A stretch of DNA of 64,000 nt from Protoeuglena noctilucae (taxonomy: Eukaryota). Shown in pieces: positions 49,678 through 61,500 of the stretch. The DNA lies in assembly GCA_958009085.1 (NCBI GenBank), contig OY253683.1, forward strand, positions 124,001-188,000. The letters are read 5' to 3'. The notes under the pieces were generated by a model, which had not been told where the DNA came from, searched no databases, and saw only the letters and a list, made by a program, of their open reading frames with translations. Every line of letters begins with the position of its first letter. Position 1 is the stretch's first letter. A program made the translations under genes and the position numbers.

Positions 49678-52238
49678 ATGTCCAAGGGCAAGAGCCGCAG
49701 GGCTCATCGTCGAGGCGCAGCGCGGGCAGCGACGGGCGAACATGGGAGCGATGACGCTGCGGTGAGGTGGCGCGATGAAGCTTATTTAACGCAACTGCCG
49801 TCGCATTCGCTCCGACGAATTCGAGCTGCACGGGATCGTCGCCACAGGACGACGTGGCCGAGAGGACGGTCGCAACCGAAGGGCCGCCCCCCCCGCTCGA
49901 CGCCCGCGCCCTGGTGGTCGCCGGCGAGGCACAGCCAGCAGCGCATTCGATGGATGGCATGCACGAGGTCAGGGATTCGCGGCCAGCGGCGTCCGGGGAC
50001 ACCCAGGAGGTCGACGGCGAGGACGCTGTGCATCGCGAGGGCCAGCAGGACGCCGCCTCGGAGCCACCCTCGCCAAGCGCTGCGCGCGACGACGTGGACG
50101 ACGAAATGATGTCTCACGTGACGAGAGCGGGGGGGCTTCGTTGGCTAGCCGCCCTCTGCAGGTGGCGACCGTGCATGCGCACGAGCGCGCCCGCTTCCGC
50201 GAACCCCCTGCCCCCCCCGCGCGCCCTCTCAGGTGTCCTTCGGAAGTCACGTGTCGGCTGCGGCATCCAACGACCTCGACAGCCTGCCGGCGTCGCCTCG
50301 CAGGCCCGGGCCTCTTCGCAAATCGCCTTTAGGGAGTGCCCGCGGCCCCGAGAGGTCCTTTTCTCAGGGCAGCTCCGAGTCGGGTGCCGAATCAAGCGGC
50401 ACAGACCGCGGGGGGGACACCGCGGCGACGGGGCCTTCGCCAGGGCCTTCGGATTGCTCTTTGCAAGACTCCCCTGGCCGGTCGTCGCCCCCTCCTCCAC
50501 ACGAGGCCCCGCGAGTCCTTCCTGAGGCGCCGAGCGGGGGTAAAAAGCCGCCTCGCAAGACGCAGTCGATGCCCGCGCAGCGGATGGCCCCTGCGGCCCT
50601 GTCCCGGTCTCGGAGCGGGTCGGGGGGAGAGGAGGGCCCCCCTGGCCAGCCCCCGCCCGGTCGAGACGCGGAGCGGGAGAGGAGGGGCGGCCTGTTCGGT
50701 CTCGCGTTCCGCGCCGCGTCGGGCGTCCTCCGGGGCGCGGCGGGCGCCGTGTTGCAGCCGGCGCGGTCGCTACGGTGCGCATCGCACGCTTGCACGCGCC
50801 TGCGAGAGCTGGGAAGGAAGATGCCGCCAGCAAACTCGTATCCCGTACCGCTCTCCGCAGGCGCATGGCCAGCCTGGGCAGGACGAACTCAGCGGGGGCG
50901 GAGGAGGCGTTGGGTGTGGGCACGAAAGACGACGGTGGCGGTGCAGCTGCCCCAGCAGACGGGGCCAGGGCCCAGCAAGTGCGACGGAACGACTTGGTGG
51001 TGCATGCTTTGGACCTGAGTCGACTGGATGAGGAAGAGGACGAGTCCCGGAGCAGCGTGGAGGTCCCTGACTCGGGGCGAGGGTCGGCGGGCTCTGTGAC
51101 GCTCAGCCCGGGGAGCCGGGGTGGCGCGGACGACGCCACGTCGCCCGGCAGCGCCTTCCTGTCATCGGCGTCCAACGCAATCAGCCTGTCCCGAGGCGGG
51201 GGCGAGTCTGCGCTGGGGGCGGGGGCGAGCGGGGACGGCGTGGAGGCGACAGCGGAGAGCCCCGCGCCTCTGCCTGCCGCGGGGAGGTCAGAGGAGGGGC
51301 GCGGGCGCTGGGTTCCAGCCGCAGCGGGGCCCGCAGAGAGCCTGGACTTGGGGGGTGCAGGGGCAGGGGCGGGGGAGGAGGCGGGGGGCGCAACAGTGCC
51401 CACGGTCGCCCCTGCGATTGGCGGTTCAGAGGCCGCAGCGGTGGATGGGCTTACGGCAGAGGAGGCCGACGCTGCTCCTGGGTCGGGCAGCCGGTGGCGT
51501 TGGAAAGCCCTCGACCGCGGTGCGACTGGGGTCGCTGGTGCCAGGTCCCCCCGAACACCTTCGCTTCATCAGAGCCCCGCGAGTCTCGGCTGGGGCTCCC
51601 CGGCCGACTCGAACGGATACCTAGCCGATGAGCCAGGGCCAGAGGACGAGCGGTGGGGGGGCGACGGTGCGGGAGCGGGGGCGGGGGGTCTGGGCCAGGG
51701 TGGGCCAGCGCACGCGGCGTCTGATGAGGAGAGGGAAGAGAGGGAGGCGGGGCACGGGGTGGCGTGGGCAGCGGGGGCGTCTCCGGGGGGGCTGAGCCCT
51801 CGTTGGTTGCAGCCGCTGCATGCGTCGCCCGCGGGGGTGGCGCACCGGCCGCGCGTCGAGTCCGTGTCGAACTGGAGCGTGAGCACGGCGTCCCGCGCGC
51901 GCAAGAGGGCCGTCGGCAAGGCGCTCCTGCTCTACTCGCTCGGGGTGGCCGGGGAAGAGACGCCCACGGAGCGCGGCGCGTGGCAGGGGGGCCGCGAGAG
52001 GTGGGCGCAGGACGGGGCGCCGGGTGCTCATCGCTCATCGCAGAGCGGGGAGCGCGCTGAGTCGCCGGTCCCGACGACGCCGGTGTCGGGGCGCCTTAGC
52101 GAGATGCTGGCGGAGGGCGAGGCGCTGCCGGCGCGCCCCCCGGCGCGATTCGACGTCAGCGTGTTCAGCCCCCTGCCGCCCGCGTTCCAGGGTCGCGGGC
52201 CCTCGTGGGAGCCCGGCCCGTTGGTGGAGGGCGGGTAG
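49678..52238 (+). CDS. Hypothetical, probably disordered S/P/G/A/E-rich protein (4 exons)
   Basis: MSKGKSRR..DDAA|DDVAERT..EMMSH|VSFGSH..ARSLR|RMASLG..VEGG*. The GT-AG junctions are in phase and no domain is recognised. Confidence 0.6.
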
Positions 52239-52554
52239 GTACCGCCCTTGACCTTCTGGTGGTTCATCTCTCAATGATTCGGCTGGAGGTGGTGGGGGTG
52301 AGGATAAAACATTAAATTTGTAGATATTTTTTATCGTCCGGCGCTGTTTCTGACTACTCGGCGGTCTCCTGGCACTTGCGCTCTGAAAATCAGCGACTAT
52401 TGGTGCCGTTCGCCCTGCTTGGACATCGCGAAGTTCACCTGAGCGCGACTGCGCACGGGTGTCCTAGACTTTTGCACCGTCCCAGTGCACCCTGGGCCAT
52501 GCGCCGGGCAAGGCGCTCGGGGAGCGTGGACGCAGTGTCAAGCGGCCCTACGTC

Positions 52555-55500
52555 ATGCCCGTAAAGGGCGCGAAGTCCCGCCAAAAGGCGGGCGGATCCA
52601 CCAACCCCGAAGACCCAATCTTCGAAGCCTGCGGAGGCGAGGGAGCAGCTCGCCCTGCGGGTGCCCGAGGCTTGCCAGCGCGCCTCAAGTCTCCGATGCG
52701 CAACTCAATGCGTTCTATCGACGCTTTGGAACCGCAGAGATTGCAAAACGCTTCGGGTCGACGCCCAGGGGGCGCGCGACCGAGCGCGACGTCGGCGGGG
52801 ACCTCCGCCGGCTTTCCGACCTCCGTGAGCACCGGCGCAGCATATTCGCTGCATGCGCCTATTCCAAGCGTCAGTATACGCGCGGTCTGGCAAGCGGCCC
52901 CACGAAGGATGCTCTGAGTCGGGAGCATGTGGTCCTTTGGGGCTTGGCGGAAGCGGTGCTGTCGTCGTCCGTCCTCGACGCGGACGTGGCCATCGCGCGG
53001 GTCAAATACGGCACAGACTGGATGCCGAATGGAGGCGTCGACTTGATTCGCAACGCCGTGGCGCTGATGGCGCTGCTGGGGACCGCGGAGATGGACGCGG
53101 CGTGGGGCCATGCGCCCGGCTCCGTGGCGCATTGGCTAGGAGGTCCCCAGCTGCGGGACCTGTGCAAGGAGACGGCGAAGCGCGTCGATGAGCTGTTCTT
53201 GGTCCCCGGCATCGACGCCAAGGACTACACCAAAGGTGCGCAAGCGCTTTGCTCGACCTCACCACTGTGCGTCGCCACTGTGCTTTGCTGGCCTGCCGCC
53301 GATTCGCATCGCTCGCGCCGCGTGATTTCGTGACGCGCCGCATCGCGTGATCCCGCCCGCAGTGCACGAGTCGTGGTGGGCGCTTGCAGCGGTCTGCCTT
53401 GCCGTGGCGGCCGTGCCCTTCGCGATGGAAAAGCCTCTCTTGGAGATCGGCAACGCAAGCACGCATTACGAGCCATCCACGGCGACCGATCCGTGGAAGG
53501 TCTGCGCGCTGACGTCCACCACAGCCGTGTGCGTGCACCCGTGCTGCACCCGCATGACCTTTGGGGTCGACCCAGGTGCGCTTACTGGGGCTGGCAGGTG
53601 GCAGGACACAGCAATCAGACACAGCAACACTGCGCTTGCTTCATGACTGAGCATCTGACAGCTGACGCTAACCCTGTCGTCACGCAGACGTGCTGCCTGG
53701 AGGGAGCACGGAGGTCTGGGACCGTGTGATGAACACGGGCTCTGCGGGCGGGTGAGCGACGGATGCTGCGACAAGCGATGGGCAGGGACCTTGTTGGATG
53801 AGATGAGGCAGATGGATTCACGTGCTTCGTGCTTTGCTCCGCGCCACGCAGGTTCGGCGAGCCGTCCCTCATTCACGACATTCGGACGGAGATCGCCTGT
53901 CCCGCCCTGCTCACTTCGTGCTTTCTGCTTATCACGGAGCCCCTAGACTTCATCAGTGCCAGGTGCGGGGCTGCGGCAGGGTCGCATGCGTGATGATGGG
54001 CATGACGCCAGCCTTACTGTGACAGCGCAGCAGCACGAGCGTGGGTGGCATGACACCACAGTAACACTGAGTTTTGCTCGTAACACCACCGCCACTTAAC
54101 CAACGCAGGCTGGACGCCTGTGGCATCCCGCTCCCCACTTCGGAGTTGGGGATCGCGCGTTGGCCCGTGGCCTTCCTGAGGGCGTGCCTGTGCCGGAATC
54201 GACAGGACCGGGACATGACCGGGTTCTCCCAATGGGCCTTATGGTCCGTGGCGGGAAGTGAGTGGGGCTTGTGGGCTGTGGTCAGTGTGCGTTGTGAATC
54301 GCAGGCCTGTCTAACAAAATGTCTGCTGTAATGTTTCATCCTCCCTGCTGTGCTGTGTTTGGGTCGCCGTGCCCCTTGCCACCCCGCGTGCCACCCACCC
54401 CGCATGCCAGCCACCCCGTGTGCCAGCCACCCCGCATGCCAGCTAATCTACTCGCACCTGCACGCAGAGTTCACGGCGCTGTGCCGCGTGCTGGGTGCCT
54501 TTTCGAGAGTCCAGTCCCTGTCAGCCGGCCAGGACATCGCCCCTCTGGTCGACTTCCAAGCCGACCCCTGGGAGCACAGGGCCAGGCAGCCCGATGAGGT
54601 GGACACCGCCATCGGCACCACAGCTAACGTGGAGTCCATTCTGCGGTGAGTCACAGAGTGGCATATGACGTGTGGCATGGTATGGCTCATGGTATACCCT
54701 GTATGGGGTGCGGTTGCGGCCAGGGTGGCAGGAGTGGTGGCGTGAGCTTGGACGCATGGCACGCCCGAGCCTGAGCGAGCCCCGCCTAAGCTTGGGCCAC
54801 GGACCACGCAGCAACCACATCCCGCGCCCCTGCCTGCCCGCAGCATTGCAAAGCGGGAGGCGACCACGGGCGGTCACATGGTGGTGGTGGTGACTAACCC
54901 GGCATACAAGCGGCGCCCACCCGCCGCCGGGGGTGGCCTGGATGTGACCCAGAGCATGGCGGATCTCAAGAAGCGCCTTGTGAAGTACATCGACAACGCG
55001 GTCGTGTTTGCGAGGTGCCCTGAGGTGAGAGGACTGTCACTGCAAGGCATGCCCGATGCAGCTTGTGGCAAGCAGGTTTGCACGGATGCGGGTGCCACGA
55101 TGGTTGTGTTGACAGCCACTGCTGTCCCCGTGCTTTGCAGACCTTCGAGTTGTCTTTCTGGAGGAGGGCGGAGATCGAACTCACCGTGGCGTCCCGTCCG
55201 GGCCCTATGGTTATGGTGAAGGACCTGGCAGAGGCGATGCCGCACCTGGTGAGGGAGTGACTGTAACTGGGAGTGTAGCGATGCCGCACCTGGTGAGGGA
55301 GTGACTGGAATGGTGAAGGATCTAGTTGAAGTGATGCCGCACCCTGGCCCTGACTTTGCTGACCATAACCGTGCCACCCTGACTATCTGCCCGCGTTTCG
55401 TGCTACAGGTGCGGGTGGAGGAGCTGCGGCACGTGATGCAGGTTTTGCTGAGCTGCGTGGGCGAGGCGAGGCATACCCGCTGCGACTGCGAGCCGTGCTG

Positions 55501-58500
55501 GGCCCAGGAGTACGGGCTGTCGGACGGTTTAAGCGAGGGAGGCAGCGACTGCGAGGGGTCGCATTCAAACGACATCACCCAGGGCATGGTGCTGAAGGCC
55601 CTGCTGGATTCCCTGTCGGACGAAGAAGAGTTCCCCATGTGCATCGACTGCCTGCGGTACGCCTGCATGAGGGCCACAGGTGAGGGGCTGACGGGGGGCT
55701 CTGGCATATGCGCGCGTGGTTGGTTGCGACATGTCAGCACCGATCGCCTGCTTACTTGTCAACACCGATAGCCTGCCTGCATGTGATGCTAAGATCATAC
55801 CACGGCTGCCGCTGGGCTCGATCGCTCGTCCCATCGTTGGTCGCAGCGGGCCGGCTGTCTGCGCCGCCCAGCGTAGGGCCGGCGGCGCAGGGGGCATCGC
55901 GGCTGACGTACGAACACCTTAAGAGCCATACAGTCGGCACGGGAGAGGTGAGGGACGGGCGGCGGGTGCGGGTGCGGAAGATGGCCCACCGCCTTTGGCG
56001 CGGGCGGAGGCAGTGGGCGGGTGGTTGCGTGCGAATCGATGCCGAAGCATCTCGACTCGCTCTCTGCAGATGCTCTTGCCGTGCTTAACGGTGGTGCAGT
56101 AACACCTCACCTCGCTTCCCCCGCTTCCCCCACAGATGCTCGCCCTGTGCTGGGCGTTGTGGCTCCTGCACCTCGGCATCTCCCTGCAGGAAGTGAACCC
56201 ATCGTCGCTCATCCCACCCAACACGCTGGTGCGTGCGGGCGTGACGAGGCTGCCGTGCACAACGCACTTTGTGTACACACATGTCGCTCCCCGCCATTCA
56301 CGTTGCAACATCAGAACACAGCACAGTTCGCTCCCGTGGTGTCCCGACATCGCCGCCCATGCCTTGCCTCGCCCCGCCTGCGCCCACCTTCTCTTCCTCT
56401 CCCTCCCACGTGCCGCCCCTCGTCTCCTCCCGCAGTGGGTGATGCACGGTCTGTCCGTGGACCGCCGCCTGCTTGAGACCTGGCCTGGGAAGCCCCCCTG
56501 GGCCCGCCTCTGGCCCGCCCTGTGCCTCACCGACCGCCGCGTCCTCGTCGCCCTCGGCGCGGCCACCTTGGCTCTCTTCTCAGACCCAGAGTCAGCGCGA
56601 TACCTGGAGCCCGAGAGAGACTACCCACCGGGAGCCGAACCCTGCCTGTGGAGCGAGCAGTGCGGCTGGGCCAACCTCATGCTGTCGGCTGCTCTTGCGC
56701 CGGAGCCTGAAGCCGAGATGGCGCTGCGTTACGCGGTGCAGCGGGTGGTGCTGAACGCGTGCGCGCACTACGCCTTTGTCCGCACGAGAGAGAGTGAGGA
56801 TGAGAGTGAGGATGTGGGGGAGGATACGGGGGACGAGGAGGACTGGGACACGGGCACCATCAAGAGCGAAGTGGTGGTGCGGTCACTGGAGGACATGGTC
56901 GAGGACTTGGACCTCATCCGGCCCTACGAGGTGAGAGTGTTGTGAGAGTGATAGAGGGCATGGTGAAGGACATGGACCTCATTCGATTCGACCCTACGAG
57001 GTGAGAGCGTGGGTGACGAGGCGGCGCACAGGGGCAGCAGTGGTGGCGGAGTCTGTGCTTGGGCAGTCCATGCCGTTCATGTGATTGGGCAGTGCGTGCA
57101 GCCGTGCAGCCTGTGATTCTCCATCTTCACCTGCCAGCGAAGATCCTGTCGGCTGCCTCAACGCAGATGGTCATGTCGCAAGAGAACATGATGCTGGGGG
57201 CGTACCGGAGCTGTGCCCAAGGGACAGCCGTGGTGTCCAAGGACCGGTCAGCGACGGAAGAAGCGCAGATCGCCATGTCGAGGCTGATGGCCGTGTGCGA
57301 CAAAATGTGCCCCGGTGAGTGCTGCTGCAGCTACCAACACCCGCACAGGCCCACCGAACCCGTTTTGCATCACCGCCACGCTCATCCAGCGTCACCACCG
57401 CGCTCATCCAGCACCACTGCTGTGCTCATCCAGCACCACCGCTGCGCTCACCCGCCCCGTTCTGCCGCGCGCAGGTCGCCTCTCTGCCTTCACCTGCACG
57501 TGCCCCTGCTGCGTGCTGTCCTTGGCCCACAAGTGCGTGGCCATGCGATCGTTTTTGGAGAAGGTGTTTGCCCTGCAGGGCAAGCGCAGTGGCATCCACT
57601 TGCCCGACGTGACGGTGAGGGATGGATGTTGAGGACCGGTCGTTTCGAATCGGCAGCTCCATCGAACAGGCACACCTGCACCTCGCATTGGCACTGCCGT
57701 CTGTGGCATGACGCGCCTCTCTCCCCATCTCCATTGACTGACACCCGTGACAGCATGACGAACCTCTACTTCCCGTCTGTGTTCAACCCATGACTGCATG
57801 GCTTGCTCTACTTCCCCTCTGTGTTACAACCCATGATTGCGTGACATGCCTCACTCTCTGTCCCCACCGCAGCCAATGATTGCGGAGGTGGCGGTGTTGG
57901 TCGCCTCCATGTCCTGGGTTGTCGACCTGCCGTGGAAAGAGCTCATGGCCATGTCGACGACTGACATCAACCAATGGTGACCACCACAAACTCGACCATC
58001 GCAACTTGTGTGCCGGACACGATATGGGCCCTTTGCCTTCCTGTGACCGAGCAGCCCACACCCCTCTCGCCTGCCCCTCAGCTAGCCAGCACTCACCCCA
58101 CACCCCACTCGCTTGCTACCCACCGACGGCACGGCACTCACCTATCCATCGCTCATCCCACGCCCCTCTCGCCTCCCCGCAGCATCCCCGGCGCCGAGGT
58201 CGTCTCCGAAACCATCTCCACGCTGCAGCGCGAGCGGGCCAGGGTGACCCTGCAGGGCATTAGCGACAACTTTGATCGGTACTGCCGGGACAACGGGGTC
58301 AAGGCGAACAGCGTCGCGCCAGGGCGCACGAACCGCCTCGTGGGCGCCATGATCGCCCTCCTCGTCACCGCCGTTGCGGGGGGGTATGCCCCCACCGACC
58401 CCTACCCGGGACTGGCGTACTCAGTGCGCGTGCCCAACGGGGCATGGAGGCACGGGGAGTGGCCGAAGGCGATGGGGGGCAAGCGGTGGCACACGACACT

Positions 58501-61500
58501 CCTCCCCATCAACGAGTGCTCGTACCTCGTCGGCATGCAGTGCCGCCGGCTGGTCGTCCCTGACCTGCGAGAGTCAGGTGCGTCGGCACACCCACGCGCA
58601 ACGTGCTGTGCATGTGCTATGCATGTGCTGTGTATGTGCTCTGCATGTGCTCAGGCTGTGCTGTACTGTGTATGTACGATGCATTGCTGCGAAACGCCTC
58701 TCCCACCTCAGCTCATCGCGTCCTTCCCTGGGTGTTGTCCTGTAGCCCAGCCTCCGCTCAGCTCCCGCTCGCTTCATCTGTCGCAGTGGCGTCGTGGTTC
58801 CGATTCCTGGCGCACAGCGGGTGCCGAGTTGTGCCGGAGGACGGGGACATGTCGCCCGTGCGAGTGGCGACGGAGGTGGTGGTGAGGATTGATGGGTGGA
58901 GATGGGTGGCAGTGAAAGTAGAGATGGGTGGCCCAAGTCGCCCACCTCTCCCACTCTCCCTCTACCCGCAATCCATGCCCGCCCACCTCTCCCTCTCCCC
59001 CTCCCGCAGTCCGCGCACGTCCGCCTCACGATCGGCTTCCTCTCCCACATGCACGAGATCGCGCGGAGGGCGGGCAGCTCCTTCCGCGACCTCATCCGTG
59101 CGATGTGGTCCGACATCCCGTCCACCGCAAGGGAGACGGGCCCCTCTGAGCCCGCCGCCAGCGACCAGCCCGGCACCGACGGAGATCTGCAGCGCGTGCT
59201 TGCGGCTGCGGCTGCTGCCAAGGACAACAGGACCCCGACTCTGTGAGTCGCGAAGAGCGAGGGGAGCGCGTGACATGCCTGCGCGCATCGACTGTGGTGG
59301 ATCGTCACGCTTGTCGACTGCCGTCGCCTGTTGTGGACCGTCACACATGTCGTGTCGACTGCCCTGGGCCGTCTCTCGCCAAGCAACGGACCTGCTTGGT
59401 GCGTTGCGTTGCTCGCTGCTCACCCCCACGACCCGCTGTCGACTCAGGGTTGGGAATTTCGGGGAGGAAACAGTGAGGATGGCCTGGGTTTTGAAGCGGG
59501 AAGACGCCATGGAGGCGCTGCCGATGATAGACAGGTGAGGGGCGGCATGGTGAGAGGGGTGAGAGGTGAGAGGTGGCATGTGAGAGGGGTGCGAGCAGTG
59601 AGAGGTGAGACTTGGCGTGGCACCTGCCGAGCGAGAAGAGCTGCTGGACGCACGGCCGCCACACACGCGTTGCGCCCAGTCCGTCCTATCTGCGCCTTGA
59701 CGGCCCCCTTGTGGCTCTGTTTTATCGCAGAAAAGAAGCCAAGACCCTGCAGGTCTTCATCTCAGAAGAGGACCCTGGGAAAGAGGACCCAGAGTACATG
59801 AAGGACGTCGCGGAAGTCATGAGCCGTTTTACCACCGCCGCCGGGGTCATGCGCAGTGTGCTGCGGGCGCTCCTGGTGGGGAACAACCTGGAGGGAGACT
59901 GGGGGCAGGAGGGGCGGAGTGCCCTGGCGCAGGCCCGCACACGCCTGCTCATGCCGCCAGCAGGGGCGCCGGAGCTGTGGGTCGAACCCGTGTGGGGGAC
60001 GGTTACCAATTTCTTCCACTGGCAGCCGGCACAGGGGGGCGCGGCGATGCTGGGGGATTGGATGGCGGCGTTTGGCCTGGCGACTCGGATCGACTACGCG
60101 GAGCTGTGGAGGGTGAGGGGTATGTGGGGGTGACGGGACGTGAACCGTGCAGAGCTGTAGAGGGTGAGGGGTGTGTGGAAGTGAGGGCCGGTGTCATCGC
60201 CATGCCGCGCCGCACCCCAGACGCTCACCGCGTCCCGGCCCGGCACGACGAGGACCGCCCCTGTCACTGTGACATGCTTCACACACCAGACGAGCACCCT
60301 GTCTCTGTCGTCCCTCGCAGGCCTTCCAGGACCGCCGCCTCGCGACCCTCCTCGCCTCCCACCACCCCTGGGAGCAGCACGGCGAGGGCGAGAAGCCGCC
60401 CGCCGGCCCCGTCAGCGTCTTGGAGTTGGTCGCCGCCGTGCCCTCGAGCGTCATGGTGCCCGCCGTCGTCTCGCAAGTGGCAGATGCGGTGCAGGTGAGC
60501 GCGGCAGTGGGGCACAAGGCGGTTGCGCGTGTCACAGTGAGACGGGGCAGGTGCACGTGGGCTGCGTGGCGCCTGATGGCTGGGCTTAAGTGGGCTTCTT
60601 TGGCATCAAATGGGCTTCGCTTGTAACAATCAGGCTGCTTTGGTATCTCGCCACAGCCTCGCTGCCTCGCACACGCGCAAGCGTCCGTTCCCTGCTCCCA
60701 CACAGGCCATCGACTCTGTCCGCAGGCCCCGGTGCGGCCGCAAGGACACGGCCTGGACTTCCTTCTGGGTCCGACTGAAGCGTTTCCTTGACAGCAGCGC
60801 CGTGCCTCGCCCCAGTGCCGAGCACTGGATGGGATTCTACGACAGTGTCTATGCGGGAGAGGAGGTCGGCGCAGCCGGCCTCGAGAGGACGCGGTGAGAT
60901 GCGAGCCGTGGAGCAGACGAGCGCAGACCAGGCCAATGCAACCAGCGATAACACGGCTCGCCCCCATCGCCCGCTGCCAACGCTGCCGCCGCTGCTGGAC
61001 CACGCTCCTCTTCTCCGCTCTCAGGTATTACATCGAGCAGGCCCTCCTGAGCGCCGATGACGCCAAGGTGCCGCTCCTATCGCTGCTGGCCGCGCCCGTC
61101 AAAGGCCTGCCGGGCACGTTGACTGGCCCGGCACCCTTTGCCGAGTCTCTGCGGTCCTTCGTGCGCAACCCGCCGCTGCCCACCTCCGCGGAAGTGCACC
61201 CCTGGGAGATCACCGTGCTGGCGGTGGCCGAGGTGCGGGGGGCGGGGCGGCGTGCTGTGGGGGTAGGATGTTGGAATGTGCTGCACTGGGTGGGGACGCC
61301 GGAACGTGCTTTGACGCGGCGCCGACGGGGCGACACGAAAGCCCCGCGACAGCCCCATCACAGCCCCACGACCCTTCCGCTCTCGCACTGCTGAAGCTGG
61401 GCTCCGTTATTTGCGCGCTCCTTGGCCTCGCCTTGCGGCACCGGCGCTGCGCCCTTCCCCGCAGATATTCTCGTTAATCTACAAATTCGCGAAGAACTTT

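Noticed and set aside
47192..55343. Short direct repeats with spacers read as CRISPR-like arrays
   Set aside because: There are only 2-3 copies of each, every set copies its own local exon junction, and there is no shared repeat and no cas gene.
2653..59610. Purely intronic degenerate tandem repeats (~2653-2698, ~54375-54442, ~57375-57440, ~57765-57842, ~58600-58680, ~59545-59610) as a mobile-element or introner family
   Set aside because: The units are unrelated to one another and I saw no terminal inverted repeats, target-site duplications or shared intron sequence. They are better explained as local slippage, and they serve as the null model for the echo finding.
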